61,775 nt of DNA from Chitinivibrionales bacterium (GCA_038247415.1 JBBRUX010000024.1:1-61775); one strand, 5' to 3'; shown: positions 37,855 to 48,444, counted from the stretch's first letter. The notes: generated by a model not told the origin, from the sequence alone. Program-made: numbers and translations.

Positions 37855-39738
37855 ATGGCCGACAAAACAGAACCGCAACGCATGGAATTTCAGACAGAAG
37901 CTAAACAACTGTTACATCTCATGATCCATTCGTTGTATTCTCACAAAGAAGTTTTTCTTCGTGAACTTATTTCCAACGCATCGGATGCACTGGATAAATT
38001 ACGTTTCGAATCGGTAACTAATCCCGCACTTTTGGGGGACGATACCGAACTTAAAATTACCGTTGATGTAGATAAGAAAAAGAAGATCATTACCATTACC
38101 GACAATGGTATTGGTATGACTCGTCAAGAAGTAATCGATAACGTTGGAACCATTGCACGAAGCGGTTCTAAGGCCTTCCTTGAAAAACTTTCGGGAAATC
38201 AGAAGTCTGATTCTAATCTTATTGGTCAATTTGGAGTTGGTTTTTATTCTGTGTTTATGGTTGCCTCTATGGTAAAGCTTGTAACAAAGCGTGCCGGATC
38301 CGACGAAAGTGCCGTGGTGTGGGAAAGCAGCGGGGAAAATGAATTTACCCTCAGCGATACCGTTAAGAAAACTCGTGGAACAGAAATAACCATTTACTTA
38401 AAAGAAGAAGAGAGTACCTATGCCGAATTGTATCAGGTTCGCTCTATAATTAAAAAATATTCCGATTTTATTGCTTTCCCTATTTATCTGCCCGATGATA
38501 AAGGTAAAGAGGAAGTTGTCAATGAATCAAAGCCAATCTGGAAACGGCCCGCATCTGAACTTAACGATGAACAATACGAGCTTTTCTATAAGCAATCGTT
38601 GCATGGTTTCGAAAAGCCACTCTGCACTATTCATAGCCAGGCAGAGGGTGTGCTTGAGTATGCGTATGTTTTGTTTATCCCCGAAAAGGCACCGTTCGAT
38701 CTTTTCAATATGGAGCGAAAGCATGGCGTAAAGCTTTATGTTAAGCGTGTATTCATTATGGAAGATTGCAAAGATTTGCTGCCTGAGTATCTCCGATTTA
38801 TTAAGGGTGTTGTTGACTCAGAAGATCTTCCTCTCAATGTTTCTCGCGAAATGCTTCAGCATAATCCTATTATGGAAAAAATGAAGAAGAATCTTGTGGT
38901 TAAGGTTCTTGGCAAACTTAAGGAAATGGCCGAAAATTCTCCCGATCAGTTTAAAACATTCTGGAAGCAGTTTGGTTCGGTTCTTAAGGAAGGTATTCAT
39001 ACCGACTTCGAAAATAAAGACAAACTCCTAGAAATACTCCGTTTACAATCGAGCATGGGTGCCAAAGAAGAATATACTACGCTCAAAGAATATGTAAGCC
39101 GTATGCGCGAAGATCAGAAGGATATCTATTACATTTTAGCCGAAAACCGAGAACTTGCCGAAAAAAGCCCCCATTTGGAAGTTTTGCGTTCCAAGAGTGT
39201 CGAAGTGCTTTATATGGTTGATCCCATTGACGAATGGATTGTAACTGATATTAATACGTATGAAGGTAAGCAGCTAAAATCTATTACTGCAGGCAATCTC
39301 GATCTTGGCGAGCTCGATAAGGATACCAAAAAAGAGAATGAAAAAGCCGAATCTACCTATAAAAAGCTTACCGAACGCATCAAGAATATTCTTGCCGAAG
39401 AAGTTAAGGACGTGCGTGTATCCATGCGTTTAGCCGGAAGCCCAGCGTGCCTTGTTTCCGACGAGAGCGGTATGGGAATCCAAATGGAAAAAATGATGAA
39501 AGCCATGGGCCAAGATGTTCCTGAGAGTAAGAAAACTCTTGAAATCAATCCTCATCATCAGGCCATCATTAACATTAATGCGATGTACGAGAAAAATGCA
39601 ACCGATCCAGCGCTCGATGAATATGTAAAGCTTATCTGTGATCAGGCCCTTATTGCAGAAGGGCATGTGCCTAAAGATCCTGTTGCATATTCTAAGAGGG
39701 TTAATGACCTTCTGGTTAAGGCAACTTCTGCTGTGTAA
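37855..39738 (+). CDS. htpG: Chaperone HtpG (Hsp90)
   Basis: FLRELISNASDA, DNGIGM, IGQFGVGFYS, DSEDLPLNVSRE; AAAAGGAGG RBS. Confidence 0.97.
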   Translation: MADKTEPQRMEFQTEAKQLLHLMIHSLYSHKEVFLRELISNASDALDKLRFESVTNPALLGDDTELKITVDVDKKKKIITITDNGIGMTRQEVIDNVGTIARSGSKAFLEKLSGNQKSDSNLIGQFGVGFYSVFMVASMVKLVTKRAGSDESAVVWESSGENEFTLSDTVKKTRGTEITIYLKEEESTYAELYQVRSIIKKYSDFIAFPIYLPDDKGKEEVVNESKPIWKRPASELNDEQYELFYKQSLHGFEKPLCTIHSQAEGVLEYAYVLFIPEKAPFDLFNMERKHGVKLYVKRVFIMEDCKDLLPEYLRFIKGVVDSEDLPLNVSREMLQHNPIMEKMKKNLVVKVLGKLKEMAENSPDQFKTFWKQFGSVLKEGIHTDFENKDKLLEILRLQSSMGAKEEYTTLKEYVSRMREDQKDIYYILAENRELAEKSPHLEVLRSKSVEVLYMVDPIDEWIVTDINTYEGKQLKSITAGNLDLGELDKDTKKENEKAESTYKKLTERIKNILAEEVKDVRVSMRLAGSPACLVSDESGMGIQMEKMMKAMGQDVPESKKTLEINPHHQAIININAMYEKNATDPALDEYVKLICDQALIAEGHVPKDPVAYSKRVNDLLVKATSAV

Positions 39739-39761
39739 ACTGCCCCGATAATCTGTTTGTA

Positions 39762-39806
39762 AAACAAGAAGGCCTCAGCAGAATATCTGCTGAGGCCTTC
39801 TTGTTT
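39762..39806. terminator. Bidirectional terminator hairpin
   Basis: AAACAAGAAGGCCTCAGCAGA-ATA-TCTGCTGAGGCCTTCTTGTTT, a perfect 21-bp stem between convergent genes. Confidence 0.85.
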
Positions 39807-39822
39807 ATGCAATTAGATAAAA

Positions 39823-40644
39823 TCAAGGATTTGTATAGTGAATCTTAATTTTATATCCTGCGGGTGTACCTCTATAAGTATTCAATTCAGACCTCAAAGT
39901 CCCACTTTGTCCAGCAGCTAAAATGCCATTGGCAGGAATATCAAGATATACGCGGAGTGTCCAAAGAGGGTTGCCTACAGCATCGGTTAGGATGAAAAGA
40001 GATGTACCAGCTTGAACTTTCGATGTGCTACCTGAAGTGTTTGTAATTTGAATGATTCTTTCATCGAGGTTAGTGACGCTATCTGCTTTAAAAGCTCTTA
40101 TACTATTAAGTAATGGTTTTGTATTCCCCGTTTTATAGCTCAGAGTATCAGCGTTTGCAGCTGATATAGATCGATAGAGTAAAGAGTCTTTCCCAGTCGA
40201 AAATCCTGTAAAATATCCAGTATCACCGGGAGCAAGGCAATTGTTAACCAGAACTGCAAGAGTTTGATTTTCGCAAGGTGTCCCAACAATTTGTGCAGAG
40301 CTTGACCCAGGAATTAGATCGCTTGATCCACCGCCAGTAAAATGAATGTTGGTAAGGGAGATGCTTTGCAGAGTGTCTTGACTTGTATTTATTCCACGAA
40401 GCACCCATTGAACAAAATCGCCAGATTCTGAATTTCGCAGGATGTATACAGAACCGTCAAGTTTAATAGGACTGTTTGCAGTTTGCTTGGTAACAACAAA
40501 CGGTACAGCTTTTGCCAAAGGATTTACAGGTGCGGGGTCTGTAACTTTTTCGGCACATGAGACAAGCATAATGCTTACGGTACATAAGCTAGCAATTGCG
40601 GTTGCAGAAACAATACGACGAAGCTTCATTAAAGACTCCTTCAT
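39823..40644 (-). CDS. Hypothetical lipoprotein
   Basis: Basic N-terminus, hydrophobic stretch, LVSC lipobox; S/T/G-rich beta-type body; start may be 40629. Confidence 0.75.
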   Translation of the reverse strand: MKESLMKLRRIVSATAIASLCTVSIMLVSCAEKVTDPAPVNPLAKAVPFVVTKQTANSPIKLDGSVYILRNSESGDFVQWVLRGINTSQDTLQSISLTNIHFTGGGSSDLIPGSSSAQIVGTPCENQTLAVLVNNCLAPGDTGYFTGFSTGKDSLLYRSISAANADTLSYKTGNTKPLLNSIRAFKADSVTNLDERIIQITNTSGSTSKVQAGTSLFILTDAVGNPLWTLRVYLDIPANGILAAGQSGTLRSELNTYRGTPAGYKIKIHYTNP

Positions 40645-41399
40645 GTAAGTGATTGATTAGGTGCATGTGATAACATAGTCTGAATAGTGGTTCGTACGTT
40701 TTTGGCTAATTCTTCTTTTGCAGACATATCCAGGTTCGTTACTTCGATTGGCTTGCCTACCATAATATGTATAATACCCGGAGAAAAAGAAAGGGAATGC
40801 TTTGGCAAGAGTGTTCGAGTACCAACGAGCGCAAGTGGAACGATGGCTAAACCCGATTCGAGAGCAAGCGTGAAACTCGCACGTTTAAATTCTCCAAGTT
40901 CTCCTGTTGAAGAGCGGATGCCTTCGGGGAATATAAGAGAACAAATATCTTCGACCTTAAGGCGTTCTACCGCCAAAGAGAATGATTCTCGTGCTTTTCT
41001 GGCGCTTTGACGATCGACACTAATATGTCCAACTACTTTCATGCCCCAACCAAAAAACGGTATCATGAACAACTCTTTTTTGGCCATAAAAGTTAAATGA
41101 TAGGGCATTCCTACAAAAAGCGAGGGGATATCGAGATGACTCTGGTGATTGCATACAAATACATACCTCTTTTTAGGGTCGATATTTTCGAGACCGTGCA
41201 CCACTATTTTGGCTCCAACACACAACAAAAGTTGTTTGGCCCAGATTGCCTGAAAAAAGCGGCTATATTTACGATCTAAAAACCAGGTGATAGTTGATCC
41301 GAAACTGTACAGTGGTGTGGCAATCACAAACCAGATAGAACCCAAAAATCTTCTACAGAAAAGTTCGAACCCATTTACGCGGCGCTTTTCGATATCCAC
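40641..41399 (-). CDS. plsC: 1-acyl-sn-glycerol-3-phosphate acyltransferase
   Basis: NHQSHLD, AKKEL, IFPEG.RS, FKR motifs. Confidence 0.9.
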   Translation of the reverse strand: MDIEKRRVNGFELFCRRFLGSIWFVIATPLYSFGSTITWFLDRKYSRFFQAIWAKQLLLCVGAKIVVHGLENIDPKKRYVFVCNHQSHLDIPSLFVGMPYHLTFMAKKELFMIPFFGWGMKVVGHISVDRQSARKARESFSLAVERLKVEDICSLIFPEGIRSSTGELGEFKRASFTLALESGLAIVPLALVGTRTLLPKHSLSFSPGIIHIMVGKPIEVTNLDMSAKEELAKNVRTTIQTMLSHAPNQSLT

Positions 41400-44300
41400 A
41401 CATACTCCTTACCTAATTTTGTTCTTAATTGTTTGATAACTTCGGTTGACGGATTAATACGAATGTTTTTTGCGCGAATCCGGTATTCGTTCGATTCGGC
41501 AGTAATCAGATGTATAACAAGCGAGCAATTTCCGGTATGCTCAACAAGCGATTGTCGGATTTCTGCGAGGAATTCTTTGTCTAGTCCGGGGGTTTTTAGT
41601 TTCACATGCACACACCGCGCAAGTTTTTCACGCGCATCGGAGAGTGCGATAACATTATCCACGCGGATTTTAACGGTAGACTCACCTTCTTTGATTGACA
41701 CATTTCCATGAGCAAGAATCATCGAGTCGAGCCCTAAAAGATGGCCAAATTTTGCAAACGTTTCTCCAAAGACAAGTAATTCGATCTCACCATCAAAATC
41801 CTCCATTTTGGCAAATGCCATTTGTTGACCATTGCGCTGCAAATGTGTTTTGATACTTGTGACAAGGCCACCAACCGTTATCGATTCGCCATCTTTTAAT
41901 CGACGCAAGGATTCTGGCTTGAAATTTGTTGAAGAAAAACCCCGTATTTCATCCTGAAAATGATCCAGAGGGTGTCCGCTTACATAAAAGTTAAGAATTT
42001 CTTTTTCTTTTGCAAGAAGCTCAGTATACGGCCATGGAGCAACAGCAACCAATTCCGGTTCTGGAGCAGTTGCGTCGGATGCGGCTGAAGATTTTGCCGC
42101 AAAAAGATCGTCAAAAATGTTTGTTTGACCCGATGCACGGTCTTTTTGAAAGCCCACACCATATTCGAGTGCTTTGTCGATACTGGCAAATAGTTGTGCT
42201 CGTGTTCCCGGGAGCGAGTCGAGGGCCCCGGCGCACACAAGGGATTCTAGGCTTTTTTTGTTGACTTGTCGGACATCAACAGTTCTGCATAAATCAAAGA
42301 GGCTTGCAAATTTACCTTTTGTTTGGAGTGCAGTCAAAATAGCTTCGCCTGCTTTGCCTACATTTTTAATGGCAGAAAGCCCCATGCGGATTTTATTGGA
42401 TTCTACGCTGCAATTCATTTCGGATGCGTTAACATCTGGAGGTAGCACGCCAATTCCAACGCGTTCTGCTTCGTTGCGAATTACAAGGAATTGCTCCTGA
42501 TCACCAAGCCATGAGGTGAGGTTTGCGGTCATGTATTCGAGACCATAATGCGCCTTAAGGTACGCCGCCTGATAGGAAACATGTCCATACACGGTGGCAT
42601 GTGCTTTATTAAAGCCGTATTCTGCAAATTTTGCCATGTATTGATACACATCTTCGGCAGTCTTTTTATTAATATTTTTAGCGGCAGCCCCTTCAACAAA
42701 CAGTTTGCACATTTTATCCATGGTTTCGATTTGCTTTTTGCCCATAGCTTTACGCAAGGTATCTGCTTGACCGAGCGTAAAACCTCCCATAACCTGCGCT
42801 ATACGCATCACTTGTTCTTGATAAACAATAACACCATAGGTAACGTCGAGTATGCTTTTAAGAATCGGGTGCTGGTATTCTACTTTTTCTTTGCCGTGTT
42901 TACGATGTATAAACGTATCGATATTTGCCATAGGACCAGGACGATACAGAGCTGTCATTGCAATGATATCTTCGATGCATGTTGGTTTTAATTTACGCAA
43001 ATAGTCTTGCATGCCTTGCGATTCGAACTGGAATACCCCGGTGGTATCTCCTCGACCAAAAAGCGCATACGTTACAGGGTCGTTTTCGGGCAAATGCCAC
43101 AAATCAAGTGTAATGTTATGATATCGCTTGATAAGTGTGAGCGTTTCTTGGAGAACCGTGAGTGTACGCAATCCTAAAAAGTCCATCTTGATAAGGCCAG
43201 CTTTTTCGACATAATTCATGTCGAATTGAGTCATTATAGTGTCTATATTAGGTTGCTTAAAGAGGGGAGCCCAATTGACAACAGGTTCTGGAGCAATAAT
43301 AACACCGCCCGCATGCATTCCAGCTTGACGGGCAAGGCCTTCGAGTACTTTCGCGTGGGTAAAAAGCTCCTGAAACTGTGGATTGTTCTGGATTATTTTA
43401 CCAAGTTCCCCGTTAGCTTTAATCGATTCGTCGAGCGTTTTTTCGGTTATCATATTTGCGAGTTTGGACGATTCGCTTATGGCAATGCCCATAGCACGGG
43501 CAACATCCTTAACCACCATTTTAGCCTTCATACGGCCAAAATTAATGATCTGACATACCGATTCGCGTCCATATTTTGCTACAACATAGTCGATAACTTT
43601 GTACCGATCATTATCAGCAAAGTCGATATCGGCGTCGGGCATGGAAACACGTTCGGGATTAAGAAACCGCTCAAAGAGCAAGTCGAATTTTATGGGGTCT
43701 ACATCGGTAATTTCGGTGGTATAGGCAACAAGGCTACCTGCTGCAGAACCTCGGCATCCCACCATAATTCCCATGTTTTTTGCAGCGGTAACAAATTCGC
43801 GTACAATTAAAAAGTAACCTGCGAAATCCATGGAGCAGATGATTTTGAGCTCAAATTCGAGCCGTTCGGTAAGTTCTGGTGTTATTTCGGGGTACTTTTT
43901 ATGTAAACCAGCGGTTGCAAGCTTAGTAAGATAATCGTTGACATCAGTATATTCGGAGGGCACTTCAGGAATCGGGAGCATTTTCTTTTCGCTCTTTACC
44001 GAAACTTCACACCGATTTGCAATGACAACCGTATTCTGAAGTGCCGAAGGTATCGTGGCAAAGAGTTTTGCCATTTCGGCCTGGGATTTGAAATAAACTT
44101 GATCGGTTGTAAAGCGATACCGATTAGGATCTGCCATGGTTGTTTGTGTCTGAATGCACAAGAGCACCTCATGGGAAAGGGCATCTTTCTGATTGAGATA
44201 GTGGGCATCGTTGGCAGCAATAAAGGGAACTCCAAGTTCGTTACCAAGATCTATCATGGGGTCAAGAACTTTAAGTTCATCGGCTATGCCATGGTTCTGA

Positions 44301-44836
44301 AGTTCAAAGTAAAAATTCTCTTCGCCGAAAATAGAAAGATACTCTTCTGCAATTGCTTTGGCTTTTGCTCTGTCTCCGTGTAAAAGCGCCGAGGGAACAG
44401 CTCCGCCAATACATGCAGTTGTGCCAATGATCCCTTCGCTATGTTGACGCAGCACTTCGGTATCGATGCGGGGTTTATAATAAAACCCCTCAAGGTAGCC
44501 AATGCTCGAAAGCTTCATGAGATTATGGTAGCCTACGTTGTTATAGGCGAGGAGCACAAGATGATGGTTTGATCGCTCGTCTTTGCCACCGCTGGATTTG
44601 TCGAGCCGCGAATGTGGCGCAATATAAGCTTCAAAACCAATAATTGGTTTTATTTTGGCATCTTTACATGCCTCATAGAATTCGATGGCACCAAACATAC
44701 CGCCATGATCGGTGATGGCCAGTGCATTCATTTTAAATTCTGATGCTTTTTTGACAAGATCTTTAATTTTTATTGCACCGTCAAGAAAGCTGTATTCGGT
44801 ATGGGTATGCAAATGCACAAATTCAGGAGTAGTCAT
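41375..44836 (-). CDS. dnaE: DNA polymerase III alpha subunit
   Basis: HLHTHTEYSFLDG PHP domain, RGSAAGS, FERFLNPERVSMPDADIDF, KMDFLGL, GFNKAH, OB-fold tail. Confidence 0.98.
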   Translation of the reverse strand: MTTPEFVHLHTHTEYSFLDGAIKIKDLVKKASEFKMNALAITDHGGMFGAIEFYEACKDAKIKPIIGFEAYIAPHSRLDKSSGGKDERSNHHLVLLAYNNVGYHNLMKLSSIGYLEGFYYKPRIDTEVLRQHSEGIIGTTACIGGAVPSALLHGDRAKAKAIAEEYLSIFGEENFYFELQNHGIADELKVLDPMIDLGNELGVPFIAANDAHYLNQKDALSHEVLLCIQTQTTMADPNRYRFTTDQVYFKSQAEMAKLFATIPSALQNTVVIANRCEVSVKSEKKMLPIPEVPSEYTDVNDYLTKLATAGLHKKYPEITPELTERLEFELKIICSMDFAGYFLIVREFVTAAKNMGIMVGCRGSAAGSLVAYTTEITDVDPIKFDLLFERFLNPERVSMPDADIDFADNDRYKVIDYVVAKYGRESVCQIINFGRMKAKMVVKDVARAMGIAISESSKLANMITEKTLDESIKANGELGKIIQNNPQFQELFTHAKVLEGLARQAGMHAGGVIIAPEPVVNWAPLFKQPNIDTIMTQFDMNYVEKAGLIKMDFLGLRTLTVLQETLTLIKRYHNITLDLWHLPENDPVTYALFGRGDTTGVFQFESQGMQDYLRKLKPTCIEDIIAMTALYRPGPMANIDTFIHRKHGKEKVEYQHPILKSILDVTYGVIVYQEQVMRIAQVMGGFTLGQADTLRKAMGKKQIETMDKMCKLFVEGAAAKNINKKTAEDVYQYMAKFAEYGFNKAHATVYGHVSYQAAYLKAHYGLEYMTANLTSWLGDQEQFLVIRNEAERVGIGVLPPDVNASEMNCSVESNKIRMGLSAIKNVGKAGEAILTALQTKGKFASLFDLCRTVDVRQVNKKSLESLVCAGALDSLPGTRAQLFASIDKALEYGVGFQKDRASGQTNIFDDLFAAKSSAASDATAPEPELVAVAPWPYTELLAKEKEILNFYVSGHPLDHFQDEIRGFSSTNFKPESLRRLKDGESITVGGLVTSIKTHLQRNGQQMAFAKMEDFDGEIELLVFGETFAKFGHLLGLDSMILAHGNVSIKEGESTVKIRVDNVIALSDAREKLARCVHVKLKTPGLDKEFLAEIRQSLVEHTGNCSLVIHLITAESNEYRIRAKNIRINPSTEVIKQLRTKLGKEYVWISKSAA

Positions 44837-46641
44837 GAGGTCCCCACTCCTATTTTAGCAATCAGCTTCAGATGAAACTGTTTGACCCACTTGTGATGTA
44901 AATCGGATGCTGTAACCGTTGGATTTACACCTCGCTCAATAGTTTGCGGTAGAATGGTATAGGTTCCTTTACGGATGTTGGCGGCTCCCGTATATTCGAT
45001 GATCAGTCGTTCGCTTGTGACAATCGCGTACTCGATAACATGATACATTTCATGAATATCGAGTGGCTTAAGAATAGTGCTGTATTTACCCGCGCCTACA
45101 GCCCGCGCTGGAGATTGGGTAGCGGTTTCGGCAAAATGAGTTACGGAAACACGCTTCGATGTTGGCATTGGCAGCGTTTCTGCATGATCGAATGAATCTT
45201 CGGGATTAAGCGATTCCAGTGGTTGCGGTATTCGAGGATCAAAGCCAAGTTTTTGCAGAGTTTGCTGCAGATATTCTAATCGGAGCGGGTTAACTCGAAA
45301 GACGTGTTGCGAAGGAATTTGCGTGATGTGACGGGCAATTGGTTCGTATGCAAGCAATTGTCGGGCAACACGATCGTCGCTTACGATAATAACTGGGTCG
45401 GGGCACAGCGAAACCCTGTCAAATTCTCTGATCCATTCGGAAACAGTAGCAATAACATTGCTTGGGCTATTGCATTGCGCAAGGGTTTTGAGCATATTGG
45501 CAGGCAAAAATCCTAATGCGAGGGATTCAAACACTACCTCACGAGATATTTTTGCCTTGTAAACACGATCAAACGATGAGACCGTTGCTAAAGCAAGAAA
45601 AGCAAAGAGCTGTTTTGGCTCGGTTTCCTGGGGGATGAGCGCGCTAAAATCACCCATTACTACAATAGCTGTTGCAGGATACGCTAAAGGAATAGACGCT
45701 TGTTTTTGTTGGGTGAAAGTAATACTAATGCATGTGTCATTAATGGCGATATGAGCTATCCCTGCGAGGGCCAAACCAATGCCTGTCGATTGAATAAAGG
45801 GTAAAATAGTATCGCTCAGGTAATCTGATAGTATATCTAGTTGCAAACCAGTTCCAACAAGATGTTCAAGAAAGGTCGATCGAAAACAGCCATAATGCTG
45901 ATTAAGAAAGGTAGAAAAATCATGGATCAATTGTGCACGATCCGATTCGAGCCACCGTAGCGTTTTGCCAATGTTAAGCGAAATAGAAAAGTCATCGGTG
46001 GTAACAAGTTGTCGGCTGTAGCAATACTCAAAGAGCATGTTAGGAAGCATCGGCAACGCGATCTCTGAGCATGATTTACATTGAAGCATGCGTATTAGAT
46101 TTGTTTCAGATCCTTTGGTAAGCTTTCCGTTTTTAGAAAGCTTAATTTCGCCGAGCATACATTGCGCTAAAAAGAGAACAACATTGGCAACCGATTCTTG
46201 TGAAGCTCCGTATGATTCGGCTGGAATATTTGACATAGGAACGCAAGGAGATTTGGCAATAATCCCAGTAAGCGAAGGCATGAGAATATCAGAAAATTCA
46301 TCAAAGCCAACGAGAAACCATGAATCGTTACTATCTTTTTCTGCATATACCAGAAATGAAGAGAGCAGTGACGTTTCGAAATTTGATATTGTTGAATGGG
46401 GCACACCTTTTTTGTCAAAGAGGTATGCCATAGCGCATAATTCTTGATCTTGTGGAGAGAGCGTATTAAAGCGCTTTAAAACTTCCTGGCTGCTTCCATA
46501 TTTCTTAACGGTATCGTGGAGCGCGGATGAAGAAAAAATGGTACGTAAAGCAGAGGATGTGTTGAGCAGGTGTTTGAAGACGAGTACGTGGGGAATTTTT
46601 CCTAAATAATCAGCAAATGAGTAAGTTATATGGGTATTCAC
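44833..46641 (-). CDS. Helicase-associated (XPB-partner, Helicase_C_3-like) protein with possible C-terminal WYL-like domain
   Basis: IVVMGDFS.L, YKAKISREVVFESLALG..L, P.NVIATVSEW; C-terminal IEYAIVTSERLIIEY..I.P..F.LKLI; ATGA overlap with dnaE. Confidence 0.6.
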   Translation of the reverse strand: MNTHITYSFADYLGKIPHVLVFKHLLNTSSALRTIFSSSALHDTVKKYGSSQEVLKRFNTLSPQDQELCAMAYLFDKKGVPHSTISNFETSLLSSFLVYAEKDSNDSWFLVGFDEFSDILMPSLTGIIAKSPCVPMSNIPAESYGASQESVANVVLFLAQCMLGEIKLSKNGKLTKGSETNLIRMLQCKSCSEIALPMLPNMLFEYCYSRQLVTTDDFSISLNIGKTLRWLESDRAQLIHDFSTFLNQHYGCFRSTFLEHLVGTGLQLDILSDYLSDTILPFIQSTGIGLALAGIAHIAINDTCISITFTQQKQASIPLAYPATAIVVMGDFSALIPQETEPKQLFAFLALATVSSFDRVYKAKISREVVFESLALGFLPANMLKTLAQCNSPSNVIATVSEWIREFDRVSLCPDPVIIVSDDRVARQLLAYEPIARHITQIPSQHVFRVNPLRLEYLQQTLQKLGFDPRIPQPLESLNPEDSFDHAETLPMPTSKRVSVTHFAETATQSPARAVGAGKYSTILKPLDIHEMYHVIEYAIVTSERLIIEYTGAANIRKGTYTILPQTIERGVNPTVTASDLHHKWVKQFHLKLIAKIGVGTS

Positions 46642-46751
46642 AGAAATATGCTGTTTTGATTCAATTAATAATTTTGAGCACCCGATGACTATTCAAAGTA
46701 CTCCTAAACCCTGCTACAACAAAATAATACGCGCTCGAAGATTGCCGCTGT

Positions 46752-46790
46752 AAAAAAAACTCCCCTAACATGCCAAGCATGCAGGGGAAA
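46752..46790 (-). terminator. Intrinsic terminator for the acyltransferase pair
   Basis: Minus strand TCCCCTGCATGC-TTG-GCATGTTAGGGGA-GTTTTTTTT. Confidence 0.7.
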
Positions 46791-46826
46791 AACACTGTTC
46801 TTACTGAAATGGCTCATCGATGTGCA

Positions 46827-47477
46827 TTACTGGTATCGCGTAATAACTTCTGCTGGATTACCAATTGCAACACAATGCGGCGGAATATCTTTTGTGACAA
46901 CAGAATGGCCGCCAATTGTGCAATGATGCCCGATATTCACACCCGGCATAATAATGGTGTGAGCACCTATCCAAGTATGGTCTCCAACACTCACTGGTGC
47001 CATAAAGCAATTGTCGAGTCCTGCAGGTTTTGTGGGATCTACAGGGTCCATAACGCAGTCCATAATAACAATCCCAGAGGCCAAGGCCAGATTTTTTCCC
47101 AGGGTAACGCCTACGTAGGAAATAATAGAGAAGAATCCCATCCAGTTTTCTTCGGCTATGGTGATTTTTCCGCATTCCTCGGGTTTATCACCCCACTTGA
47201 CAACGGTCATACGGCATCTCTCAGGCACAAAGTGGTTATCGATAGAACAATCGAGCCAATTGGGAAGCGTAATGGCACCTTTGAAGTCGTCGAAGTTAAC
47301 CGGTATTCCATCTGGTTTTGTAAGATCTCGATATTCGATATAAGGCTCTTCGAGAAGAAAGCGCATGGGCGTTGGGGTAGTTACCCCGAGTTCATTCATG
47401 CGGGTTATGTCGGTTGGTGGATTGCGACGTATTCCGTAAAAATCGTGTGTATCGGCTGGACGATATGAAAGAAGCAT
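46827..47477 (-). CDS. Hexapeptide-repeat (LbH) acyltransferase
   Basis: VGDHTWIGAHTIIMPGVNIGHHCTIGGHSVVTKDIP..GNPA. Confidence 0.88.
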   Translation of the reverse strand: MLLSYRPADTHDFYGIRRNPPTDITRMNELGVTTPTPMRFLLEEPYIEYRDLTKPDGIPVNFDDFKGAITLPNWLDCSIDNHFVPERCRMTVVKWGDKPEECGKITIAEENWMGFFSIISYVGVTLGKNLALASGIVIMDCVMDPVDPTKPAGLDNCFMAPVSVGDHTWIGAHTIIMPGVNIGHHCTIGGHSVVTKDIPPHCVAIGNPAEVITRYQ

Positions 47478-47511
47478 AGCATTGTCCTCTCAGTAAAGGC
47501 TTGCGCGGATG

Positions 47512-48180
47512 TTAAGTTTTTTGAGGTGCTGGATCCATGAATTTTTTAAATACTGCCATGTTTTTTGCAGGATTACCAGCCACAACACCATGGGCTGGAA
47601 CGCTCCACATCACAACAGCACCTGGCTTAATAACAGCATGATGCCCAATAGTTACACCTTTAAGAATGGTTGCGCCAAAGCCGATCCAAACATCATCTTC
47701 GATCACGATGGGGGATCGTTTTTTATTTTCTACGGTATCTGGCAATCGTCGATCGGCTTGATGTCCATCACAATCTTGAATAATAACGCGTGGTTCCAAA
47801 TGAACTCGATCGCCGATCGTGATTTTTGAAAAAGACAAAATAGAAGTATGGTTAAGATCGGTTTTACCCACCGTAATGCTACCAAAATCATCTGGTTCGC
47901 TCGTCATTTTACCAACCGTCAAACGAACTGGCCCAGCAGGAAACGAGCTCAGTTCCGATGCATTAATATTACCGCCAAGAGAAATTCGGCCTTTAAAAAG
48001 CTCGAGGTCAAACGTGTCGGTATCGGATTTAGTAAAATCTTCGTAGCAAAGCCAGGGAAGTCCTGTGCAGCTAAAATTTGGAGGCAGGGAAACGCCTGCT
48101 TTGCGAAGCATCTCTTCGCCTTTTTTGCTGTGGGCTGCTAAGTCGGGATATAACTCCACATACGATTGAAAACGTGCCAT
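47512..48180 (-). CDS. Hexapeptide-repeat (LbH) acyltransferase
   Basis: DCDGH, PIVIEDDVWIGFGATILKGVTIG..GAVV..VAGNPA. Confidence 0.88.
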   Translation of the reverse strand: MARFQSYVELYPDLAAHSKKGEEMLRKAGVSLPPNFSCTGLPWLCYEDFTKSDTDTFDLELFKGRISLGGNINASELSSFPAGPVRLTVGKMTSEPDDFGSITVGKTDLNHTSILSFSKITIGDRVHLEPRVIIQDCDGHQADRRLPDTVENKKRSPIVIEDDVWIGFGATILKGVTIGHHAVIKPGAVVMWSVPAHGVVAGNPAKNMAVFKKFMDPAPQKT

Positions 48181-48333
48181 AACAAAAACTCCTAAGGCTA
48201 TTAAGTATTGTGTTAGAAAAACTACTCCGTCACTTCAACAGCTACGCTGGATTATAAAAACAGTGTTTGTTTTAAAATCTATTCAAAAATAGGTCGTATA
48301 AAGCTCATTGGCAAGCAATCAATTCTATCTATT

Positions 48334-48367
48334 AAAATAGTGCACAGCGCCCTTAAAAAATAGTGCA
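48334..48367. promoter_or_regulatory. Direct repeat, candidate regulator-binding site in divergent promoter
   Basis: AAAATAGTGCA at 48334-48344 and 48357-48367 (23-bp period). Confidence 0.4.
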
Positions 48368-48444
48368 TCAATACCAATACCAATTGCCGATGAGTATATT
48401 TATGGCACAAGTAGCAGAGCACATTTTATTTGCGGAGGTCTGGT

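Noticed and set aside
41375..44836. Intein in dnaE
   Set aside because: The length (1153 aa) is normal and no intein splice motifs or insertion are visible.
46770..47468. 232-aa + strand ORF and other long antisense ORFs (e.g. 6209-6913, 28134-28790, 43226-43810)
   Set aside because: They are shadows of well-supported genes on the opposite strand.
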